Shown one piece after another: positions 8,860 to 18,084 of a stretch of 64,000 nucleotides of DNA; position 1 is the stretch's first letter, and each line of letters begins with the position of its first letter. Origin of the DNA: a virus. The stretch lies in the IMG/VR virus record IMGVR_UViG_3300033571_007861, positions 5,871-69,870 of that record, one strand, 5' to 3'. The notes below the pieces were generated by a model. That model saw nothing but the letters and a program-made list of their open reading frames with translations, was not told the origin of the DNA and did not search any database. The position numbers and the translations under genes were made by a program.

Positions 8860-9343
8860 AACCGGCGCATAATTTATTGCCACTGCCTAGCCGGTGAGTG
8901 GCAGGAGTAACCCCGGCAGTTGAGGCTTGACAGGACATTTTAACCTGCCTTAGCCAGACAAATCTTGGTTTGACAATGCTTGCGAAATGAGTCGGAAGTT
9001 ATTGTTATTTTGAGGGGAGTTTGGTTTCAAGTGACTCAACACAATCACATTGTTGATTGTTTATGGGGCGGGGCCTAGTGTCCCGCCTCCTCTTACTTTG
9101 GTTGTGTTTTGTTTCTATCTTGATTTTATTATTGTTCAACAGCATCCCCCACAAAAATGTTTACAATTACCACATGACGCTTGATGAAGAAGAAGCGTTA
9201 GAGTAACCAAAAGCATCCACACAATTTAATATCTAACACATCATCTACTTTGATAAAAAGTTGGTGGTCAAGTGCATGTTGCCAATTGTCCGGTGTTGGG
9301 GGCGGGGGTATGGTGGCGAATCAGGATTATGGGAGCAGGACAA

Positions 9344-9577
9344 ATGAGCTACGAACAATTGAACTCTGATTTAGCCGTTAAAGAAAAAGACGACAGAATT
9401 AAAAGTCTTGAAGAACAAATAAAAATTGAACGCCAACACTGCGCCGCCATCGTTCGTTCGTTTTTAATTACGCCTTGGTTTCTTAACGAGAACGGCAAGG
9501 GCTACAGGGACGAAGAACGTGCGCGCGTTGAGAACGAAAAGATAGAGAAGATTGCTTTGGCTGTGGAGAGGGGGTGA
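9344..9577 (+). CDS. hypothetical coiled-coil protein
   Basis: GGAG/AGGA RBS; ERQHCAAIV motif typical of phage accessory ORFs. Confidence 0.6.
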   Translation: MSYEQLNSDLAVKEKDDRIKSLEEQIKIERQHCAAIVRSFLITPWFLNENGKGYRDEERARVENEKIEKIALAVERG

Positions 9578-9581
9578 GGGG

Positions 9582-9842
9582 ATGAGTGACGACTACATAA
9601 CCGCGAATGTTCCGGGAAGATGGATCATGCAGAAAGACGACGAAATCACCCGCCTTCGTGCCGAGAACGAAAGGCTGCGGGAGGCGTTGAGAGATTGCGT
9701 ATCTGCATTAAAACATCCGATAAGGCCCATAAACAACGACGGTTCTCTTTTAAATAATATCAAGTTTGAGGTCGGAAGGGACATGGCCGTAAATGCGGCC
9801 CTCCGCCACGCCCGCGCCATCCTAGAAGGAGAAACCAAATGA
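9582..9842 (+). CDS. hypothetical coiled-coil phage protein
   Basis: DEITRLRAENERLREAL...ARAILEG. Confidence 0.65.
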   Translation: MSDDYITANVPGRWIMQKDDEITRLRAENERLREALRDCVSALKHPIRPINNDGSLLNNIKFEVGRDMAVNAALRHARAILEGETK

Positions 9843-10195
9843 CCATTGAAAACTACATGCAGTATCTTGGCATTGCCTTTGGCACCGCTTTTGTTTTTCT
9901 TGCAGTTGTGGCTGTGCTTTTTCTTTTGTTTATGTGTTTTATAGCGATCAAAGATGCCTGTTATTTTTTACAGGACCGTCAACCCGACACCTTGATTTTC
10001 CCAATGCAGTTAAAACGCAAAGACGAAGAAATCGAAAAATTACAAAAAGAATTACATGAAGTGAAAAGAGAGTTGCATGAAACCAAGCAATACGCTGGTG
10101 CGGCATTTCAAAGTATTGTTTTTGCAGAACAAGGAAACTATAAACATGAGGCAACAAAGATTGCACTAGAAGGCTTAAACAAAATGCGCCCGTGA
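9839..10195 (+). CDS. membrane-anchored coiled-coil protein
   Basis: N-terminal TM helix; AGGAG RBS; ATGA overlap. Confidence 0.65.
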   Translation: MTIENYMQYLGIAFGTAFVFLAVVAVLFLLFMCFIAIKDACYFLQDRQPDTLIFPMQLKRKDEEIEKLQKELHEVKRELHETKQYAGAAFQSIVFAEQGNYKHEATKIALEGLNKMRP

Positions 10196-10217
10196 TTAGC
10201 AGGAAAGCAATACACAA

Positions 10218-10565
10218 ATGGCTGAATCACCTTATGGTCTAAACCTTTTGGGATCGGTATTGCTTGATGAATTTGAAAGGCTTGGAGTTTTTGACATGCA
10301 AACAAAGGCACCATCTATGCCCAAGTATTTAATCCCCTCAACTGCTCACGAAGTCGCTCAAGCATTACCTCTCCAATCCAATCTTTTCGTCTGCCTTTCT
10401 TGCAACAAGCGTGGAACCCTTCACACTCTTTCCCATTCCGATTGCACACTAAAATACGAATCAGACACATCCGGTTGGAAGCCAGACCCACGCTACCCTG
10501 TCTTACACTTTGACAGTTCAGGCCGATTTACCGAATCAATATACCACATGGATGGATTGGCATAA
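10218..10565 (+). CDS. hypothetical protein
   Basis: 115-aa ORF with CxxC. Confidence 0.55.
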   Translation: MAESPYGLNLLGSVLLDEFERLGVFDMQTKAPSMPKYLIPSTAHEVAQALPLQSNLFVCLSCNKRGTLHTLSHSDCTLKYESDTSGWKPDPRYPVLHFDSSGRFTESIYHMDGLA

Positions 10566-10615
10566 AACACTACACAAAAACGGCATAGCCGTTTGCAAAC
10601 AAAAGGAGCAACCAA

Positions 10616-10891
10616 ATGACCAAGAAAGACACCACCCCCACTATTATCCTTGAACTCACGCCCCGTGAGGCGGCGGTGATTTTTGATGTTGTTTCAACTG
10701 CATCTTGGAATAAAGGGAACTTTTCCAAAGAGTGCAGGCAGATTAAAGAGGCTCTTCATGATGTTGGCCAAGAGTTTTTACACATTGAAACATATATGAG
10801 TGATAAAAATGGCATTGTTGAAAGCGAAAGTTTTTGGTTCATAGACGAGGCAAACGAACATGAAAACCTTCATCCTCATTCTGGCGCTTAA
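10616..10891 (+). CDS. hypothetical protein, paralog of 288..491
   Basis: AAGGAG RBS; shared ILELTPxEAA motif. Confidence 0.65.
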   Translation: MTKKDTTPTIILELTPREAAVIFDVVSTASWNKGNFSKECRQIKEALHDVGQEFLHIETYMSDKNGIVESESFWFIDEANEHENLHPHSGA

Positions 10892-11027
10892 ATTCTCCTA
10901 TCATGCTGTTTCGGTCACGGCTGCTGAGTTTAACAGCCGTGAAAAGTGCGAATATGCGGGAGAAACCTTTGTTGCCCAACACAAGAAAGAATTTGGCGAA
11001 GGCTATTATCTTTGTGTGGAGAAGTAG
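10860..11027 (+). CDS. small exported-type protein (55 aa, not in the ORF track)
   Basis: GAGG RBS; MKTFILILAL signal-like start, EFNSREKCEYAG...LCVEK two-Cys pattern. Confidence 0.55.
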   Translation: MKTFILILALKFSYHAVSVTAAEFNSREKCEYAGETFVAQHKKEFGEGYYLCVEK

Positions 11028-11034
11028 CCTTCTC

Positions 11035-11105
11035 GCGGGCATAGCTCAATGGTAGAGCAGCAGCCTTCCAAGCTGAGGACAGGGGTTCGATTCCCCTTGC
11101 CCTCT
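11035..11105 (+). tRNA. tRNA-Gly(UCC)
   Basis: GCTC-AATGGTA-GAGC D-arm, CTTCCAA anticodon loop, GGTTCGATTCC T-arm; one acceptor mismatch; followed by TCA rather than CCA. Confidence 0.85.
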
Positions 11106-11129
11106 TCAGATTGGTGTTGTATTTAAAAG

Positions 11130-11266
11130 TTTGAGCGGCGGCGTGGAAGGACACGCAGTTAGTAGGCGAAATCGCCTTGGCAAGCTTAAAGTGGGGCTTC
11201 TAGGTCACGGCCAGTGCCAGAGCCAAATACCTAGAGCCGGTATCAATCCCGGCCCGCTCAAAACCA
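11130..11266 (+). ncRNA. tRNA-like RNA with a 9-bp acceptor stem and a large central insert
   Basis: TTTGAGCGG/CCGCTCAAA-A-CCA; D-like arm GCGTG-GAAGGA-CACGC; T-like arm GCCGG-TATCAATC-CCGGC. Confidence 0.65.
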
Positions 11267-11461
11267 AAATCCAGCGCATGTGTGGGGCCGTTGGGGGCTA
11301 ACGGCTGACTTGCAAGCCTGCACATGGTAACTCGACCCTCGCGGGCTGGCTTTTCCCCTTGATTTTTGCTATAATTCCCTGATTTTCATTTTGCTTCGCC
11401 CTGCGATTGGGCGTCAAAGCACGAGCGCCATTCCTTCTTGGCGCAATTCGGGGATTATCTC

Positions 11462-13813
11462 ATGGACGATTTTAAATTCCTTCGCCAGCAAGAGCCTGAA
11501 AAGCCAGATTTGCCGGAAGGTGAGGAAATCGACCTTGGCGAACTTGAAATGGTCAAGTTAACCCCAGACGCCCTTGTTATTGACTTACCGGACGGGTCTG
11601 TTTCGCTAAATTTTGGCGGCCTTGGCGTCAAACCCCCGGACGAAGCATCGGATCACGATTCAAATTTAACCAATTTTATTGATGCTGGCGCTCTTGAGGC
11701 TATTTCAAACGACCTTGTTCGGTTGATTAGTGACGACGCCACGAGGCAAGAGCAGCGTCTTCAAGATATGGTAAAGGCGATTGAGCTGCTTGGCATTAAA
11801 CTGAAAGAACCCAAAGCCGAGCCTAACTCAGAAGGCATTAGCACCGTCACCCATCCTCTTCTTCTTGAGGCGGTTCTCCGCTTTCAGGCCAACGCCCATG
11901 GCGAGTTTTTGCCTGCCGATGGTCCGGTGAAGGTGGCGAATGAAGGTGATAACACGAAGGAATTGAACGAACAGTCTAATCAGCTTGAAGACGACTTCAA
12001 TCACTATCTGACTTCCGGAGCCCCGGAATATTATCCCGATTTTGATAGAGGATTGTTTTCTCTTGGGCTTAATGGCGAGATTTACCGCAAGATTTACTGG
12101 CATCCGATCAAGCGCCGTCCGGTCGTTGAGACGATCAACCGCAAGGACATCATTTTAAGCGATGGCGCTGTAAGCCTTGAGGCTTGTGGTCGCATTACGC
12201 ATCGTTCTCGTATGAGACCGAGCATCGTCAAGCAGATGCAGCTTGTTGGCGCTTGGCGCGATGTGCCGCTTGGCGGTGGAGTCGTGTCTCCGGACACTAA
12301 CCGTGTTGACGAGAAGCTAAGTGATATTTCTGGTGTTCAGCAGAAATTGCTGATTTCCGGTCAGGAAGAGCAGGATCGTGAGATTTACGAATGTTATTGC
12401 GAACTTGATCTTGTTGGGTTTGAGCATGAAGAAGACGGCGATAAAACGGGACTGCCGTTGCCTTACCGGGTGACGATTGACAAGGAAAGCCGCCAAATCC
12501 TCGAAATCCGCAGATGGTGGGAGGAAGACGATGAAAACTTTGTCCGCAAGGAATGTTTTGTATCGTATGTGTTCGTTCCTGCATTTGATGGGCTCAATCT
12601 TGGTCTGTCACATATTCTTGGCAATTCATCGCGCGCTCTCACGGCAGCGTGGAGAATAGCGCTTGATTCTGGAATGTTAGGCAACTTCCCCGGCGGCATT
12701 ATGGCTAGAGCTGTTGGAAAACAGCAAACGACAACTATCCGCGTAGGTCCGGGGCAGGTTGCGCCGGTTGATTCTGATGGCGTTCCGATCAATCAGATGT
12801 TTATGCCGTTACCTTACAAGGACGTTTCTCCCGGCTTTGTTTCAATGATTCAAATGATTGATCAGGCTTCGCAGCGTCTTGGCGGCACGGCTGAAACGGC
12901 TGTTGGCGAAGGCCGGGCAGATGCTCCCGTGGGAACCACAATCGCTTTGATAGAGCAGATGCAGAAGATTTTGTCTGCTGTTCACAAAAGAATGCACGTT
13001 TCTCAGAGCCGTGAGTTTGCACTTTTGAAGGATTTGTTCCGCAGAGACCCGAAGGCTTTGTGGCGCAGCAACAAAAATCCGGGCTTCTATAAAGACGTTG
13101 CAATGCTGCAGGAAGCTTTGGACAACAAGGACATTGTGCCGAAGGCTGATCCGAATACGGCTTCGCACACGATGCGCGTTCAAAAGGCCATTGCTTTGAA
13201 AACCTTAGCCTCTCAAAACCCAATGGCTTATGACCAAATTGAAGTTGATCGTCGTGTGTTGTCTATGATTGGCATAGACGATGTGGACGATCTTTTCAAC
13301 AAAAACCCGCCAATGCCTCCGCAGCAGGATGAGGCTAAATTGCTTGCGGCTAAGGCTTCTATGGCAAACGCGCAAGCTAAACTGATGGATACGTCGATTA
13401 AGGCGCAGCAGGCTCAGGGCGATATGTCTCTTAAGGCGGCTGATATTCAGACGAAGAGCATTGAGGCTGCAACCAAGCGGTCTATTGCCAAGGTTGACGC
13501 ACAGAACCATGCGAAAGACCGTGAGGGCAAGATCGCTCTTGAGAAGATGAAGCTTGTCCAGACTTCTATGGTTCATGCTGATAAACTTGCCCATGATCAT
13601 CAGAACAAAGGTTTAGACTTTGAGCGCGCTATGCGTGAGAAGGAAATGGACTTGACCCATAATCGCGTAACCAAGGGTTTGGATTTGGAAGAGGCTCGTC
13701 GTCAGCATGAGATGGACATGGCTCATGAGGCTGATCAGGCGTCTACGGATCGTTTGCATGATTTGATTATGGCTCGTCAGAATATTCCGCAACAGTTTGA
13801 TCAGGGCGAATAA
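11462..13813 (+). CDS. portal protein
   Basis: first large gene of the head module after terL; HPLLLEAVLRFQA and APVGTTIALIEQ..SAVHKRMH motifs; long coiled-coil C-terminus. Confidence 0.85.
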   Translation: MDDFKFLRQQEPEKPDLPEGEEIDLGELEMVKLTPDALVIDLPDGSVSLNFGGLGVKPPDEASDHDSNLTNFIDAGALEAISNDLVRLISDDATRQEQRLQDMVKAIELLGIKLKEPKAEPNSEGISTVTHPLLLEAVLRFQANAHGEFLPADGPVKVANEGDNTKELNEQSNQLEDDFNHYLTSGAPEYYPDFDRGLFSLGLNGEIYRKIYWHPIKRRPVVETINRKDIILSDGAVSLEACGRITHRSRMRPSIVKQMQLVGAWRDVPLGGGVVSPDTNRVDEKLSDISGVQQKLLISGQEEQDREIYECYCELDLVGFEHEEDGDKTGLPLPYRVTIDKESRQILEIRRWWEEDDENFVRKECFVSYVFVPAFDGLNLGLSHILGNSSRALTAAWRIALDSGMLGNFPGGIMARAVGKQQTTTIRVGPGQVAPVDSDGVPINQMFMPLPYKDVSPGFVSMIQMIDQASQRLGGTAETAVGEGRADAPVGTTIALIEQMQKILSAVHKRMHVSQSREFALLKDLFRRDPKALWRSNKNPGFYKDVAMLQEALDNKDIVPKADPNTASHTMRVQKAIALKTLASQNPMAYDQIEVDRRVLSMIGIDDVDDLFNKNPPMPPQQDEAKLLAAKASMANAQAKLMDTSIKAQQAQGDMSLKAADIQTKSIEAATKRSIAKVDAQNHAKDREGKIALEKMKLVQTSMVHADKLAHDHQNKGLDFERAMREKEMDLTHNRVTKGLDLEEARRQHEMDMAHEADQASTDRLHDLIMARQNIPQQFDQGE

Positions 13814-13815
13814 TT

Positions 13816-16800
13816 ATGGACGACGACATCATAAACTCCATTCGCCTTGCCCGCTCCCGTTTACAATCAGGTGGCGTCCCTGATGACGCTTCCCAAGAGG
13901 CTTTCCTACAAGAACAACTCCAAGGTTCCGCCCCTCAATACGATCCCGAAGCCGGTCTTCAAACGGCTAAGGAAGCTGGCCGCGCCATTGCAGGCATGAC
14001 TACCCCCGGCGCTATTGCAGATGCCGCTGGTTATCTTGGTGGTCCTTCGGCATATGAGAACCTTCGTAATCAACATTACCTTGACGCCGCCCTTCAACTG
14101 GCGTCGGTGATTCCGGGTGCAGGGGTTGCTGCAAAAGGGGCTGCGTTAGCGAAAGCAGCACCATTATTGGCTGTTGTCCCAACATCCATAGCAAAAACTA
14201 TTGGTAAAAAATCACTTCCTGAAACCTCTAAATTTTTACGTGCTGTTGAGACAACACCCGGCGCAAGAATTGAAGAAGGTTCTTTGGTTATGCCTGTTGT
14301 TCGTGGTCAAGAACCAGAACAGGCAATGTCTCCTTCGGTTAGGGGCGGTGTTTTTTATTTACCTCAAGGCGACAAAAACGCCCGTTATTATGGCGGCTCT
14401 TGGAATTATGGCGGTTCCCAAAAAATCCAAGGCGAGACGGCTTTTAATAACCCGTTGTTTGTAAAGGGAGCAACTGGCGGTAAAGCACCAGAAACCGCAT
14501 ATACAATGCTTCACGGAAAAAATGCTCTGAATAATTTACAAAAAGACATTCGTTCTGTTGTCAACGAACAATTTTGGATGACAAAAAAAGACCCATCCCT
14601 GTATCAAGAGAGAGTTGAAAGTCTTCTTAAGGACTATGGGGCCGATCCATCAATTGCTGATCATTTAATCCAAAACAGTAAAAAAGGAAACCAACTTTTT
14701 TATGCTTTGCAAGAATATATTATCGGAAATTCTGCAAGAAAGGCTGGATATGATTCTATTTTAGGTTATGGCGTAAAAAGAGATGCTGCAAAAAGCCCGT
14801 TTTTTTCAGAAGTTTTTGATTTAAGGGAAAGTCACTATCCGTCGCCTTCTGGTGAATACAAACTTTACCCTGAGTTTGTCCCTCAAGAACCTTCTTTAAC
14901 GACATCTTACGAATGGGTCTCCCCAACCATGGGCGCTGGCCGTCGATACACGACAAAAAAACAAGCCGTAAAGAGTATGCCTAAAGGCGCAAAACTTGTT
15001 AAAACAATGTTTGAAGACCCAATAAAAAATATCCCACTTGAAAACAGATCAACCGGCGGCACAGCGAGCGGAACCATGAACGATGATGTTAAGAATGCAC
15101 TTCGCCTTGCGAATAGCCGTTTGGGTCGTGCTGATGGCGGCAAAGTTTCTTTTGTTAAATTTAATAAAGAGTCTGGAACTCTTGGTATTCCGCGTGATGA
15201 AATGCCTCAGATAAAGTCTGAAAATAAAGGGGCATTGGTTAACTTTTTAAATGCTAAAGGTGTTAAACATAAAAAAATTGAAATTGATCCTGATAATCTT
15301 AAACCCACTCAACAAGAGTTTTCTCCTGAAAAGATTAAAATTGTCAGAGAAAACGCATCAAAAGACCGAACAATTTTGGTTTCGAAAGATGGTCACGTTA
15401 TTGATGGACATCATCAATGGCTCGCCGCAAAAGAGGACGGCAAAAAAGTAAAAGCCCTTGTTTTCAATAAAAACGCAAGAGAAATTCTTGACGAAATAAG
15501 AGAATTTCCAAGTTCTACTACAGATAATGCTTCAAGAATTAAACGCGCAATCGGCGGCGAAATTCCTACCCCTCCTCGTCGTCCGGATGATTTGGAATAT
15601 TATGGTGTCATGGGTGAGGCGCAAAAGAGGTTTCCGTTTATTAATAAATACGATCCTCATATCAAGGTAGACCCGCGAGAAGGCGACGGGATGTATTCGG
15701 AGTTTTACAATGCAACGGAAACGGGCGATCCTAACAACCCTTCTGACAAGCGACCTGAAGAATTCCCGCGTGGTTCGTCGGGTGTGCGCGTTTACAGACC
15801 TGAAGAATTCACGGCTGCTGATTATGCTGCGGAGTATTTACATGGCGATCCGGTCGCAAACAAAACGCGAGAAGAATTAATTAAGCAGTTAACTCCTGAG
15901 CAGTTGGATCATCTCAGGAACACTGGTGATTATAAGGAATCTGTTAAATTAAATCTCCCTGAAGAGCGCGCGTTGAATAACGCCGTTGATGCTATGATGC
16001 GTGGTTATACAATGCAAGATCAGCCAAGCCATCAATGGAGCAAGGAAGATTTGAAAGAGCTTGAGTTTACACCAGAAGAACTTGAGCTTTTAAACAGTCT
16101 GCAGGACTACGTTGAATCCCCGACTGAAGCTGCTCAGGGTAGAGACTTGGGCGGCAAGATAAACACGATCATTGACCGTGATCCTGATTGGCGTATGGGG
16201 CTTGATGGTGGTGGTCTTGTTGACGCACACACAGGATTACCTCCTGAAGAAAATTGGACAGAACTTGTTTCCAGAGAAAAACGCGGCAAGCGGCTTGAGC
16301 AGGCTGTCCCGTTGCGGGAAATGGCTGCACACGAACTCTATTTACAAGAAAATCCCACGGCGCTGCGTTCTGTAAAAGAACACGTTTATCATTTTATGAA
16401 CCGACCTTCTCGTAGTTTTGGAAAACCTTACGGGCAAACTCAGGGCGATTTTTTTGGGGTATGGCCTAATCGCGCCCCGCCAATAAAAGAATTTAACACT
16501 GGCGGCGAAGTCAGTGACGCTCTTGATCTGGCTCGCAACCGTCTTGCCTACGGCGGTCTGCCTGAAGACTACATGAAGGACGACCGTTACAAGGCGTTCC
16601 AGCAAATGGGCGGCACCAAGGTCGATCCAAGGTCGGAGGCCATTGGTCGGTTCCTGCCAAAGATGACGTATCATGAAAGCCGTGACAATCCATTGGCTGG
16701 CGCTAAAACGTCGAGTGCCGCTGGTTTGGGTCAGTTCACCAAGAAAACATGGAAAAATATAACAGCGGGAGAGCCGGAGGTTGCCGGTAAGTCTCGTGAC

Positions 16801-18084
16801 GAACTTTACGCCATGCGCCGTGATCCTTCTGAAGAAGGCCAGCGTTTTCACATGCGTATGGCTGAAAAGCTTGCCAATCAAAACGCGGATATGTTGGAAA
16901 AGGCTGGATTGCCTATAACGCCTGAAAATTTATATGCCGCACATTTTGGCGGACCCCACGGCGTCCGGGCTGCAGCCGCCCCGGCTAGAACTCCTTTGCG
17001 GAATATTTTTAACAAAGGAGAAATCAACGCTAATTCGTTCTTACGAGGGCAAAACGCAGCAGGCTTCCGCCGTTTCGCTCAAAGCGCCATAAACGAAACC
17101 CCTCGCGGATTGCCGATGGACTTGGAATTTAAACGCTCCCAGCTCCCCTCCAACCGCTACGAAGGTCTGCAGACGGCTATGGCTGGCGCTCAGCAACAGC
17201 CTTGGCAGGTGGCCGCTGCTCCCCAGCCAACACCGCCCACCCAAATGGCCTACGCCAAACCCGAGCAGCGCGGTTTCTCAGCGGACCTCATGACCCCGCG
17301 CCCGATCCCTCAACCAACGCAAATGGCTAGACTGCCCGATATGAATGTCGGTGGTCAGAGGATGATGGCTCAGGGTCCAATGGAAGGTCCGGGTCCGAAG
17401 GTGTTTGCTGATCGTGGGATGGGGGATAGTGGTCCGGGGATGGTGGCTGCTGATCGTGGGCCGGGGGTTGATTCTGGTATGGCTGGTCCGCAACCAGAGC
17501 CGCAGATTGATCAAGCGTCCTATCAGCCTGAGCCTGAGAGGCCCAATCAGGACATGCTTGAAGGTCTTGAGCAGCCGTTTGTTGGGTGGCCGGATTTTGC
17601 AAGTCTGTTTGCCGATGGTGGTGTTGTTGGTGATGCCTTGAGGTTAGCCACGGGTGGGAAAACTCCGACTTGGCAGAGAAAAGAAGGCCAAAATCCAGAA
17701 GGCGGTCTATCGGCAAAAGGCCGAGCATCATATAATCGTGCAAATCCCGGAAAGCCCGGATTGAAGCCACCTGCGCCTCATCCAAAAACCGAAAAGGATG
17801 CAGGTCGCCGTAAATCATTTTGCTCGCGCATGAAAGGTATGAAGGCTAAACTTACAAGCGCCGAAACAGCGCGCGATCCTGATAGCCGTATCAACAAATC
17901 CCTCCGCGCATGGAACTGCGCCGATGGTGGACAAGTGTGGGATAAGCCGCGCCCGAAGCGTCTTGGTGAGCCTGAGCCATTAAGCGCAAAACAGAAGAGA
18001 AGCGCCAAGGCTGCGGCGAAAGCTGCTGGAAGGCCGTATCCAAATTGGGTGGATAATGCTAATGCCGCCAAAAGGAATAAATAA
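13816..18084 (+). CDS. large modular (polyvalent-like) protein: pre-toxin-like leader, possible ART-like domain, ParB-like domain, lytic-transglycosylase-like domain, DUF6321-like module
   Basis: LKPTQ..IDGHHQWLAA (ParB-like); HESRDNP..SSAAGLGQF (SLT-like); WQRKEGQNPEGGL..RRKSFCSRM; modules separated by xxGG motifs. Confidence 0.75.
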   Translation: MDDDIINSIRLARSRLQSGGVPDDASQEAFLQEQLQGSAPQYDPEAGLQTAKEAGRAIAGMTTPGAIADAAGYLGGPSAYENLRNQHYLDAALQLASVIPGAGVAAKGAALAKAAPLLAVVPTSIAKTIGKKSLPETSKFLRAVETTPGARIEEGSLVMPVVRGQEPEQAMSPSVRGGVFYLPQGDKNARYYGGSWNYGGSQKIQGETAFNNPLFVKGATGGKAPETAYTMLHGKNALNNLQKDIRSVVNEQFWMTKKDPSLYQERVESLLKDYGADPSIADHLIQNSKKGNQLFYALQEYIIGNSARKAGYDSILGYGVKRDAAKSPFFSEVFDLRESHYPSPSGEYKLYPEFVPQEPSLTTSYEWVSPTMGAGRRYTTKKQAVKSMPKGAKLVKTMFEDPIKNIPLENRSTGGTASGTMNDDVKNALRLANSRLGRADGGKVSFVKFNKESGTLGIPRDEMPQIKSENKGALVNFLNAKGVKHKKIEIDPDNLKPTQQEFSPEKIKIVRENASKDRTILVSKDGHVIDGHHQWLAAKEDGKKVKALVFNKNAREILDEIREFPSSTTDNASRIKRAIGGEIPTPPRRPDDLEYYGVMGEAQKRFPFINKYDPHIKVDPREGDGMYSEFYNATETGDPNNPSDKRPEEFPRGSSGVRVYRPEEFTAADYAAEYLHGDPVANKTREELIKQLTPEQLDHLRNTGDYKESVKLNLPEERALNNAVDAMMRGYTMQDQPSHQWSKEDLKELEFTPEELELLNSLQDYVESPTEAAQGRDLGGKINTIIDRDPDWRMGLDGGGLVDAHTGLPPEENWTELVSREKRGKRLEQAVPLREMAAHELYLQENPTALRSVKEHVYHFMNRPSRSFGKPYGQTQGDFFGVWPNRAPPIKEFNTGGEVSDALDLARNRLAYGGLPEDYMKDDRYKAFQQMGGTKVDPRSEAIGRFLPKMTYHESRDNPLAGAKTSSAAGLGQFTKKTWKNITAGEPEVAGKSRDELYAMRRDPSEEGQRFHMRMAEKLANQNADMLEKAGLPITPENLYAAHFGGPHGVRAAAAPARTPLRNIFNKGEINANSFLRGQNAAGFRRFAQSAINETPRGLPMDLEFKRSQLPSNRYEGLQTAMAGAQQQPWQVAAAPQPTPPTQMAYAKPEQRGFSADLMTPRPIPQPTQMARLPDMNVGGQRMMAQGPMEGPGPKVFADRGMGDSGPGMVAADRGPGVDSGMAGPQPEPQIDQASYQPEPERPNQDMLEGLEQPFVGWPDFASLFADGGVVGDALRLATGGKTPTWQRKEGQNPEGGLSAKGRASYNRANPGKPGLKPPAPHPKTEKDAGRRKSFCSRMKGMKAKLTSAETARDPDSRINKSLRAWNCADGGQVWDKPRPKRLGEPEPLSAKQKRSAKAAAKAAGRPYPNWVDNANAAKRNK

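Noticed and set aside
11130-11266. tmRNA or tRNA-Sec
   Set aside because: Too short for tmRNA, with no G3-U70 pair or tag ORF; no UCA anticodon arm.
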